64,000 nucleotides of DNA from Savitreella phatthalungensis (Eukaryota), in assembly GCA_051599415.1 (NCBI GenBank), contig AP039702.1, positions 310,001-374,000 on the forward strand. The letters run 5' to 3'. Shown here piece by piece: positions 43,037-52,560 of this stretch; within the stretch, counting starts at the first letter, position 1, and every line of letters begins with the position of its first letter. A model generated the notes under the pieces. The model made no database searches and was not told where the DNA came from. It was given only the letters and a program-made list of their open reading frames with translations. The translations under genes and the position numbers were made by a program.

Positions 43037-43893
43037 AGGAGCTGCAGGTACGTTATCCTTATGAGCTCCCTCGTCGTGAGATATTAGCTGGTCGGATTTG
43101 GGTTGGAGAACACGCTTGTTGGAGTCAACAGCAGGTTGTGCAGGTTCGGATAGGGATGCACTGCGCTTACGGCCACGTTTATTCCGAGCCAGACTGGCTG
43201 TCGAAACTTCAATCAAGGCCTCGCAACGATAATGTAAGGAAAGGAGTACCCTCGGCAAGCTTATTGACGAGCTTGCGTAGGACGTTGTACAATAGCCCGT
43301 GCTAGTTTCTGCCGGCGATATCGGCTACGCACGGGTACCCTTTGTTGACTCCGTTCGAACTTCCAGCACAAAATTTTGAGAATCGCGCTGAGTGATAGAT
43401 GTCTGTGCGGCTAAACAGCCTACGAAGTCCGTGCGTGACTTTCGTAGGGTGCTTTCAAGTGTCAGCTCTGTCTTTGTCTTTCTGTGATGAGGTATGACGA
43501 CGCGTGTGTTCGTTTGAGTGTCAGTGCAGTTGATTGCGCGTAAGTGTGAACACTGGATATGTGGTGGGTTGATTTGTTGCATCTGATCATTTCAATTTAG
43601 CATGAATGCAGTCAATTCCAGGTTACGCTACGTAGTCGAGTAAATGCACGACAGTGGAAATAGTCTGTGATCTTCATACGACCTCCTGTTCACATTGTAT
43701 CAGACCTGTGGGCTCAACTTTGTCAGGCAAGCTTAGTGATGCAGGAGAAACAATGAGCAGACCATTGAAAGGAGCTGGCAGCTCTGCTACGTATGCTCTG
43801 TACACATCGCTGGTCAATAAATGTGTCTGAGCAAAACTACCAGTCTGTCGGCTCGTGTCGAGTGATTGTCAATCTCGCCATTTTAATGCTGCC

Positions 43894-45276
43894 ATGGAGA
43901 CGTCAACATGGTCTGCTACAGAATCCATTGGCCTTGCTGCGTCGACTTTGTCGACTAAGCTGAATCAATTGCAAAGGCGACTTCGTGCGAAGAAAAGCTT
44001 GCAACGTTCGCAGCTTCGGATTCGTGGGACTGGACTACGAAAGCTACGCAGATCATTCAAAAGCTATGTGCGGCTGCTAAATGCTGAGAAAGAGACTTTG
44101 CCTTCTTCGGAAGCCGTAAGCGAAGCTCAGAATCAGGCGAGTCATACATGGTCACGCACAGAAAAGGAGATCTTCTTCCGATCACTCGCTCGCCACAGTC
44201 GGCTAAGGCCGGATCTGATCGCCGGGGACCTAAAGTCACGCAGCGAGCTCGAGGTTCTCGTATACATCGACAGACTCGAAACAGCGTATGCAGGCTTGCT
44301 GGAGTCCGCGAGGCAAAGTGGTAAAACCATCGAGTCAGTTGGGCTCACGAGCTTCGCGGAGTTGCCTGCAGCTGCTGAAATCAGTCCGCTCACAATCAAT
44401 GCCGAAGAGCGATTGAGCAGACGCTTGTGTTTCGAAACTGACTCCGTGTGTTCTACAAAAGAGATTGATACGAGCGCTGATTTGCTCGACTTCCCCCAGA
44501 TGGAGAATATATCTCGAGTCCTTTTCTCAAGACCAGTCGCGATGAACGCTAATGTGCGGGAGGCGCTGACGCGGATCGTCGTTCATCTTGTAAAGTCACT
44601 TGTTGCGAGCAGCATCGAGCGTGCAACGGATCGGCTGCGTGTGCTCCCGGCAGGCCTTTGGGATCGATACGTGATGAGGCGCGCCGCTGCTTCTGGTGAG
44701 GATCAGCCTGATGAGGACGATGTCGGGGCTCCTCGATTGCTCAAAATGGACGTGCGAGCCGCTGTTGAGCTAGCTGGTCTGAAGATCGATGCGCGGCATT
44801 TCTGGGCTGATATTGCGGACGACATACGCGCATTACCGAGGAGCAAGCGGGCAGCCTTACACGAAACAGCGCTCGAAGACTTTCAACAGGATCTCGATGG
44901 CCAAGATATAGACAAAGCTCCGTCTAGTAAATGGCTGCTTCATGAATTTGAGGCTAGCGGACGACAACGCATGCGGCTCGACAGCTACGGTCTACTCGAC
45001 GGACAATCAGGAGATAAGCGCACCGGTCTTCCGCCTGACCAGGACCAGAACTACGCTAACGATAACGATGATGACGGAAACATTTATGAAGATGATGGTG
45101 ATGAGGACGAGGGCGTGGCCTCACTCCACGATGGTGTGCTCGAAGCTCTCGACATGCATAGATCCGCGGTTGTGGAGAATGAGCTGCGAGAATGCTTGGG
45201 ACTGATGACAGCTGTGCCTGTGCCTAGTCCGCCACTGCCGGACGTGTTGAGTGATTTGAATCGGCAATCCTGGTAG
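43894..45276 (+). CDS. RRN5: RNA polymerase I upstream activation factor subunit Rrn5-like (SANT/Myb + histone-fold-like)
   Basis: WSRTEKEIFFRSLAR...IAGDLKSRSELEVLVYI, ELPAAAEIS, DVRAAV, C-terminal EALDMHRSAVVE. Confidence 0.75.
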   Translation: METSTWSATESIGLAASTLSTKLNQLQRRLRAKKSLQRSQLRIRGTGLRKLRRSFKSYVRLLNAEKETLPSSEAVSEAQNQASHTWSRTEKEIFFRSLARHSRLRPDLIAGDLKSRSELEVLVYIDRLETAYAGLLESARQSGKTIESVGLTSFAELPAAAEISPLTINAEERLSRRLCFETDSVCSTKEIDTSADLLDFPQMENISRVLFSRPVAMNANVREALTRIVVHLVKSLVASSIERATDRLRVLPAGLWDRYVMRRAAASGEDQPDEDDVGAPRLLKMDVRAAVELAGLKIDARHFWADIADDIRALPRSKRAALHETALEDFQQDLDGQDIDKAPSSKWLLHEFEASGRQRMRLDSYGLLDGQSGDKRTGLPPDQDQNYANDNDDDGNIYEDDGDEDEGVASLHDGVLEALDMHRSAVVENELRECLGLMTAVPVPSPPLPDVLSDLNRQSW

Positions 45277-45596
45277 GCTTTCGAGGTATACTCCTCCCAT
45301 TCACAGATTAACAGCTTTGTAGAACGGTTCAGTGAGCGTCTTCATACAATGGATGAATCTGCACGTGCTTACTGCATGGGCCCTGAAGTATGAAATCATT
45401 GGATTTGTCCTCGGAATTTAGCCGCGGTTGATGCCGCGCATTTCCTAGAATGCCGGATCGATTGTGGGGAAACGGACCGCGACTTGGAGGGATGTGGACT
45501 CCTGAAGTCATGGACACAGTGTAATCACAAGCCGTAAGACTGTTTGGCGGAGCTGCGGATTACAATCTCCCAGAAATTGATTAAGACTGACTAGTC

Positions 45597-46283
45597 ATGT
45601 CAAAGTCTTCGTCCGCCATTGTCGCAGTAGCAGAGATCACATGTAAATCAGGAGAGCTGGCCGCAGTCCAGCAATTCCTGCCGGCCGCAGTTGAGGGCAC
45701 GTGGAAAGAGCCCGGCTGTGAGAGCTACTACTTCTTCGTCTCCCCCAAGGCGCCAGACACGGTCCATGCTTTTGAGATCTACAAGGACGCTGCAGGGATT
45801 CGCGCGCACGGCGAATCTGCACACTTCAAGGATTTCGGTGCAAAGGCAGGAAACCACCTCGCCAAGGCTCTTGACGTGAAGGTTGCCCGGCCATACCTTG
45901 GCTTTGCCGTCCGGGATACCGAGAGCGCCGCGCAGGTCATGAAGAACCGCGACTGCACTGTCGTCCTCGCCACGCTCCAGTTCAAATCTGTTGAGCACGC
46001 TACCAAAGCTAATGAGGCAATCAAGAAGGCTGTCGCTTTGGTTGAGGCAGAAGAGCCTGGCACGCTGTCATACCACTGGTCCTTTGACAGAAAGGATGCG
46101 TCCAAGATTTATGTGTTTGAACGCTATGCAGACAAGGCTGCGGCTGAAAAGCACACAGCCAATGCCGCGCCATTGTTCGCCGCATTCAAGGGCCTCTTGA
46201 AGTCCTCGAGCCTGGTCATCGGTCGTTCTGTTGGCGGATTCCTGAAGAAGGATCCAGGGCTTGTTCAATCGAGCGTTCTGTGA
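45597..46283 (+). CDS. Tandem ABM (antibiotic biosynthesis monooxygenase-like, dimeric alpha-beta barrel) domain protein
   Basis: Two repeats: EPGCESY...FEIYKD...AHGESAHFK and EEPGTLSY...VFERYAD...KH. Confidence 0.85.
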   Translation: MSKSSSAIVAVAEITCKSGELAAVQQFLPAAVEGTWKEPGCESYYFFVSPKAPDTVHAFEIYKDAAGIRAHGESAHFKDFGAKAGNHLAKALDVKVARPYLGFAVRDTESAAQVMKNRDCTVVLATLQFKSVEHATKANEAIKKAVALVEAEEPGTLSYHWSFDRKDASKIYVFERYADKAAAEKHTANAAPLFAAFKGLLKSSSLVIGRSVGGFLKKDPGLVQSSVL

Positions 46284-46866
46284 ATAGGAACCATCACACT
46301 ATGCTCGTCCTTCCCAAGCACAGTACAAGCCATTGCCGTTTGACAGATCAAGGCATGAATGCATCATTCTGGGACGCATCGGTTCACAACCATACTCTTC
46401 TTGACCACCGGGAGCAACCTTCGCACTTAAGTACATATACAGTTGCTGCATACTGATTCATGTCATGTCAATCAACCTATGATAATCACGTGTTTCCTTG
46501 ATGCCAATGGGGCAGAAATTTGAAAATGCGATCAGTTGGTCAAGCGTGTGGGAACTTTTCAGGTAAATTAGTTTTTCGCCAAATAACATAAGGTTGATTT
46601 ATGCATCCTTAGAATTCCTTAGTTTTTGCCAATCTGGTCCTCTCTCGGGGTTGGTTCTCTCGCTTGCGCCAATGCTGCTCTGCCTCACACTACCACGGGC
46701 CGCAACACCGAGCACCAGTGTGTAGCAATTGTCGTCGTGCAGGGCAACCGTGGCCAGTGTCCCTGTAGGCGTCTCCGCTTGTTGGCCAAGCAGCGTTCAC
46801 CGAGCTGCACGCACGCCGTTCATTTAGACATCAGCCTTCAAATTACCCTGACTAGAATCATCGACT

Positions 46867-47577
46867 ATGAAGCTCAACATCTCGTACCCGGCAAACGGTA
46901 CCAACAAGCTCATCGACATTGACGATGACCGCAAGCTGCGAGTCTTCATGGAGAAGCGCATGGGCAACGAGGTCCCTGGCGACTCGATCGGCGACGAGTT
47001 CAAGGGATACGTCTTCAAGATCACTGGCGGAAACGACAAGCAGGGTTTCCCAATGAAGCAGGGTGTCCTTCACCCCACCCGTGTCAGGTTGCTCCTCTCA
47101 AAGGGACACTCCTGCTACCGCCCACGTCGTGACGGTGAGCGCAAGCGCAAGTCCGTCCGTGGTTGCATCGTCGGTAACGACCTTGCAGTCCTCGCCGTCG
47201 CTGTCGTCAAGCAGGGAGAGCAGGACATTCCCGGTCTGACCGACGTTTCCCAGCCCAAGCGTCTCGGCCCAAAGCGCGCGACCAAGATCAGACGCTTCTT
47301 CAACTTGTCTAAGGAGGACGATGTGCGCAAGTTTGTCATCCGCCGCGAGGTCTCAAAGGAGGGCAAGAAGACCTACACCAAGGCACCCAAGATTCAGCGC
47401 CTTGTGACACCTCAGCGTCTGCAGCACAAGCGTCACCGCATGGCACTCAAGCGCCGCAACGCCGAGCAGCAGAAGGAGAACGCAGCAGAGTATGCTGCCC
47501 TGCTTGCCAAGCGCGTCGGTGAGGAGAAGGAGCGCGTTGCAGAGCGCAAGAGGAAGACCACCGAGGCACGGGCCTAA
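46867..47577 (+). CDS. RPS6: 40S ribosomal protein eS6
   Basis: [47 protein letters not shown]; uninterrupted ORF. Confidence 0.98.
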   Translation: MKLNISYPANGTNKLIDIDDDRKLRVFMEKRMGNEVPGDSIGDEFKGYVFKITGGNDKQGFPMKQGVLHPTRVRLLLSKGHSCYRPRRDGERKRKSVRGCIVGNDLAVLAVAVVKQGEQDIPGLTDVSQPKRLGPKRATKIRRFFNLSKEDDVRKFVIRREVSKEGKKTYTKAPKIQRLVTPQRLQHKRHRMALKRRNAEQQKENAAEYAALLAKRVGEEKERVAERKRKTTEARA

Positions 47578-48411
47578 ACTTGCTTCTAATGGGAATCACA
47601 GGGAGACGAATCTCAGATTGAGAATAGTGAGTCAGTTTGGGAGAACTTGACGACAGACGTTCTCTGGCACACATCTCTTTCTTCGGTCGACCTTTGGCAG
47701 ATCCTTCGAGACACTCCTTTCATTTGCCTATCACGCACTTTTCTTTCCCAATATTAGAACACCGCATCTCCTGCCTCACCATCTTTACCTTTACCACACA
47801 ATGCAACGACCTACACAGACACACACACCAGGAAAAATTTGAGACTGTGGTAAGTCTCACAATCGATACATACACTACACCACCTTACGTCCTTGATTTC
47901 GCATGGTGAGTCATGATGTGATAAGACTCTGTTGTAGGTTCTGTGTGAAGGCGAGCCCCTACTGCTGATGCGTTGCGAGGATAGCCAAAAGTCATGGAGC
48001 ATAAGATACTAAGATTTGTGCGCTGCCTAGCATATATGCATGTGAACAGGTCTCTGATCAAGCGATGGCGTGCCCGTGTAAAATATCAGTTGCTTTCTGT
48101 CGAGATACAGAAAAACACGTGCTTACAGCCTCCTAGCACAGGGAAACTATCATGGAACCTGTGATACAGTATGTGGATCCCTTTGGGTTGATCCCCTGGA
48201 CCGGTGAGCAACCCTGACCACCACTCAGGTCTGATCCAGTCTCTGCGACGTCGTTCGCTAGGACGCGCACGCCGCACGCTCTGGTGCTCTGTCTACCCGT
48301 CAAGTAGATCGGACTGGAGGAATTTGTACGCCAGGCAGCCATCAACGCTCCAAACTTAGCTTGGCGGACAGTCGTCATTGTCGTCCACCGCTATCGCTTG
48401 GCTCGACCAGG

Positions 48412-49512
48412 ATGAACAGCATCAAGATCTTCGCCGGCAATAGCCACCCGGAGCTCGCTCAAAAGGTAGCAGACAAGTACGTTTGATCTGCACATGCAAG
48501 CGGCATCCGCCCGAAAGCATACTGACATCGTTGCGCAGGATTGGCATCGCTCTAGGCAAAGTGGTCGTGCTCAAATACTCGAACCAGGAGACTGCCATCA
48601 CCATTGGGGAATCTGTGCGTGACGAGGACGTCTTCATCATCCAGACCGGCTGCGCAAGCATCAACGATCACCTCATGGAGTTACTCATTATGATCAATGC
48701 TTGCAAGACGGCGTCAGCCCGGCGAGTAAGTATCCATTCTCCCTTTGACCTGATATAACCCCTGGTCAAGCAATTTGACTCTATAAGGACACGAAGGCTG
48801 ACACAGGCAGATTACCGCTGTAATTCCATCGTTCCCATATGCGCGACAGGACAAGAAGGACAAGTCGCGGGCCCCGATCACTGCGAAGCTCGTGGCAAAT
48901 ATGCTGCAGACAGCCGGCTGCAACCACATCATCACAATGGACCTGCATGCTTCACAGATTCAGGGCTTCTTCAACATACCAGTCGACAACCTATTTGCCG
49001 AGCCGTCGATGCTCAAGTACATCCGGGAAAATCTGGATTACAAAAATGCAATCATTGTGTCGCCCGACGCAGGTGGCGCCAAACGCGCCACAGCCATCGC
49101 TGACAGGCTTGATCTCGACTTTGCTCTGATTCACAAGGAGCGAAAGAAGGCTAACGAGGTAAGTCGCATGGTATTGGTGGGAGACGTGCGTGGGAAGGTC
49201 TGTGTGCTCGTCGACGATATGGCAGATACTTGCGGAACGCTTTGTCTGGCTGCGAAGACGCTCAAGGACAACGGCGCTGCATCGGTCTATGCGATCGTCA
49301 CCCACGGCATCCTCTCGGGCAAAGCTTGCGACTACATCAACGCAAGCACGTTGGAAAAAGTCGTCGTCACAAACACAATCCCTCACGCAGATAAGCGCGC
49401 ACGATGCGACAAGATCGATACGATCGACATCTCTCCCGTTCTTGGCGAGTGTATTCGCAGAATCCACCACGGTGAGTCAGTCTCTGTGCTCTTCAGCAAC
49501 ATGCCGTCATAG
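48412..49512 (+). CDS. Ribose-phosphate pyrophosphokinase (Prs2/Prs4-type); introns 48477-48538 and 48726-48810
   Basis: [31 protein letters not shown] and GTAAGT..GCTGAC..CAG introns restore ESVRDEDV...[36 protein letters not shown]. Confidence 0.95.
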
Positions 49513-49706
49513 GCAGATTGTGACAGAGCGGCTGCCTGGCAGCCGAAGCTCCCGAGCTCTCCCGCCGGGCAAGCCAATCCAGATGGGATAGATCTTTAGA
49601 CACAAGACAGGAGGGGCACGGAGGAAAAAACCATTTACACTTACTATATAACAAACGCATGACATGACTTTCATCCTCCCTGCAAGCATTTTCATCCACT
49701 GTGACC

Positions 49707-51116
49707 TTATGCCGTGTCAGCGTCCTCCTCGCCATCTTCAGCGCCTTCTTCCTCAACATCTCCGACTTCACTGCCATCGAGATTGTCCAGCAATCGCTCG
49801 AGGGTATCTGTCCTGTCATGGTCGGATAGTGCGGCGGCACGTTGGACGAGCTCTTTAGCGCGTGCAAGGTGTTCTTCCGCGCTATCGCTCGTGGCTGACG
49901 AGAGTGAGAACAGGGCCTCAATGAGGAGGGCGAGTATGTCGCCCAGGGGGACATAGTTGCCCTTAAGTCCGGTCTCGACTACATCCTCCGTGGAACTTCC
50001 TTGCGAGCCTTCGGCGGTGTCTTCGGCTCTAGACGCAGAGTGCTTGAGTGTTACGGCATCGTGCGTTTTCAGAGCTTGATCCAATAACTCGATGGCGGTC
50101 TGAAGCGCCTGCACGGCAGTATCGCGTTCGTCACTGTTGCCGGCGTCGGCAGCAGATTCATCATCTTGGTCCTGTCCGTCGACATCGGCTTCAACACGAT
50201 CGAGGTGCTCATTCGCGATGGATAACCAGACAGTGGCGCAGCCATGTAGCGCAGACACGTTCGTGCCGTCTTTGGCCAGTACTGCCGTCCAGTGAGACTC
50301 GCATTGGCGATTGAGTGTCTCGAACTCTGGTCGCGTCTTCGCAGCATCTCCTCGACCGAACGTGTCAGCGTATTTCTGCAGTGTGCATAACGTGCGGTAC
50401 AGGTTGACGGGCGTATAGTGGCGGGCTTTAAAGTGCTCTTTCAGCAGCTTCGGCAGTCGCTCCCCAAGTAGTTCGTGGATCTGACCGGCAGAATCGACAT
50501 CCTCTGCTTGCTGATGCTCCTGTTTCAGCAGAAACTCGCCCTTCCGTGCCAAGCACTTGGCCTGTACCAGCTTGAGTTCCGCCGAGCCCGGGGATTTCGA
50601 GTCACCATTGTCAAGACCTGCTTCGACACGTTCTAGAGCTGCTTCGATATAGTCCCTCTCACCAGAACCAGACTTGTCACTCTCGTCTGCCGTGGTCGAG
50701 AGATCCAGTAAGGCGGAAGCATATGTAGCGTAGAAGTTATTTGGCAGTTGCACTGCGGCTGTGCCGTCTTCTTTGGTCTCGCGATTCCGTAAGATGCGGT
50801 CGGCCTCGTGGATAGTGCCGTTGAGAACAGCTATAGCGAGCTGTGGCTGTGACGACTGAAGCTGCGTGACTGCTTGTGAGTAGAGCGCAATGAGCTCCCC
50901 GATCTCGTCCTCCCCTTCCTCAAAATCGCCCTCTAGCGCGATCGTTCGACTCAGCGAAGCCTCGTTGATCTTCTCAACCGATGATGGCTCGTTTGCCACA
51001 GATCCGTCAAGTTTGGCACGCTTAGCCTTGGCTGCTGCTGCGAGACCACGGGGTGCACGCTTCTTGCTGCCTGTAGAGGCTGCCCCTGAGGACGATGACG
51101 TTTGATTGTCAGACAT
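49707..51116 (-). CDS. ETT1: Enhancer of translation termination Ett1 / Nro1
   Basis: KKRAPRGL, ELIALY, NGTIHEADRILRN, FYATYASALLDL, YIEAALERVEAGL; first ATG 51116. Confidence 0.8.
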   Translation of the reverse strand: MSDNQTSSSSGAASTGSKKRAPRGLAAAAKAKRAKLDGSVANEPSSVEKINEASLSRTIALEGDFEEGEDEIGELIALYSQAVTQLQSSQPQLAIAVLNGTIHEADRILRNRETKEDGTAAVQLPNNFYATYASALLDLSTTADESDKSGSGERDYIEAALERVEAGLDNGDSKSPGSAELKLVQAKCLARKGEFLLKQEHQQAEDVDSAGQIHELLGERLPKLLKEHFKARHYTPVNLYRTLCTLQKYADTFGRGDAAKTRPEFETLNRQCESHWTAVLAKDGTNVSALHGCATVWLSIANEHLDRVEADVDGQDQDDESAADAGNSDERDTAVQALQTAIELLDQALKTHDAVTLKHSASRAEDTAEGSQGSSTEDVVETGLKGNYVPLGDILALLIEALFSLSSATSDSAEEHLARAKELVQRAAALSDHDRTDTLERLLDNLDGSEVGDVEEEGAEDGEEDADTA

Positions 51117-51435
51117 GATTCCCAGAAGACAACTCGCGGGGGATCGATGGCGCTTAAAAGTGCAGAAGGACTGTGCCTGATGAATGACACCTTGTAGCCG
51201 TTGGATGTATCTATGTTTGACTGACTGACTTCTCGTCCTGAACGTGGGGCATTGGTCGTTACGTTCAGGAATTGTTGCATTTAATTTCTGAACGCGTCTT
51301 TTGGCTAAAATGACGACAGATTGAGTAAAGTGATAAAAGTCGGATGAGACACGTACGTGCGTCACCTCACAGCAGGCATAGTCAGGCCTTCCGAGTCGCT
51401 TGTTCGGCATAGGACGACTAGGAGGTAGACTGAGG

Positions 51436-52560
51436 ATGCGTTGGTGGTTTGGAGGCGGTGGCGATGACGCAAAATCATTAGAGAAGGAGATCACCGTGTT
51501 AGCGGACAAGATCTCAGAGCATGAAACCCGGCTATCGAGGCTGCAGGCGGACGACCGGCAGATTCGTGGAGCGCTGACACTGTATGGTCTGCTCATATGG
51601 ATTTTGTACGTGGGGATATGGACTTTGTTATTTGCACGCGATAAAGACGATCTGGGAGTCTACTTCAAGAGAGGCCTGCCAGTGCTGCTCGGACCTGTCG
51701 TCATCTTCTCGCTGCGGTGGTTGCAGAGTAGCTATTATCGAAGCCGTATCGAGTCTCATTCCACAAGTTTGACAGCGCTCAAGAAGCAACAGAAGGAGAA
51801 GATTGAGACCTTCAAGCAGAAGACAGACTTCTACTCGACGAAGAGCCTGATCGAGCGATATGAGGGTGGTGAATCATCCTCTCCGTCGACTCCATCACGA
51901 ACGCCCGCGAAAGCACCGGCATCGACAAAGTCAACTCCCAGAGGCACGCCTCAGAATCTTGCATTGCAGCAACCAAACATGGGTAAGGTCAACACGCCAC
52001 TGAAGCAATCACTGTCAAGAGCAGCATCAATGCGCTCTCTAGAAGGTACAATCCCTACACCGCCACATCTGTCCGGGGCCAAGCAGAGACCGGCACAAGT
52101 CCAACCACAAACGGCAATAGCCCCTACAACAGTAACGTCGGCGCCGGATCAACCTACCCTGCCATACGAACGGCATTGGTACGATCGCGTGCTAGACGTG
52201 CTCGTCGGCGAGGACGAGTCTCAGCCGAGCTCGAGATTCCAGCTGGAGAAGAAGATTCGAGAGCGGGACGAAAAGATTCATCAGCTCGAACTGGAAATCA
52301 TCAAGCTTGGGGGAGCAAGACTTTCCGAGTCGGATTCACAGTCGCCATCCCCGACGGTAGATCAGCATGCAAGCCAGGTCAAGAATGAGGAGAGGGAAGA
52401 GCTGGATGATGAGGCCCGGGAGGACAATAATGCAGAGTCGTCTGGCAGCAACGAGCCAAAATCTACCACCGACGTTGTGAAGTCGGCGACGACGCCAGAG
52501 ACGGTCATCAAGCCAAAGGAAAAGACCAAATCGGTCAGATCTAGAGCGCGTCCCAAATGA
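51436..52560 (+). CDS. LNP1: ER junction protein Lunapark (Lnp1), lacking the zinc finger
   Basis: N-terminal coiled coil, two TM segments, KEKIETFKQKTDFYSTKSLIERYE, HWYDRVLDVLVGEDE. Confidence 0.85.
   Translation: MRWWFGGGGDDAKSLEKEITVLADKISEHETRLSRLQADDRQIRGALTLYGLLIWILYVGIWTLLFARDKDDLGVYFKRGLPVLLGPVVIFSLRWLQSSYYRSRIESHSTSLTALKKQQKEKIETFKQKTDFYSTKSLIERYEGGESSSPSTPSRTPAKAPASTKSTPRGTPQNLALQQPNMGKVNTPLKQSLSRAASMRSLEGTIPTPPHLSGAKQRPAQVQPQTAIAPTTVTSAPDQPTLPYERHWYDRVLDVLVGEDESQPSSRFQLEKKIRERDEKIHQLELEIIKLGGARLSESDSQSPSPTVDQHASQVKNEEREELDDEAREDNNAESSGSNEPKSTTDVVKSATTPETVIKPKEKTKSVRSRARPK

Noticed and set aside
51298..51310. CTTTTGGCTAA, similar to the U2 snRNA 5' region
   Set aside because: The branch-pairing GTGTAGTA and Sm site do not follow.
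51117..51596. 160-codon upstream extension of the Ett1 ORF in the track
   Set aside because: No ATG, it is partly the antisense shadow of the LNP1 CDS, and homology starts at ATG 51116.
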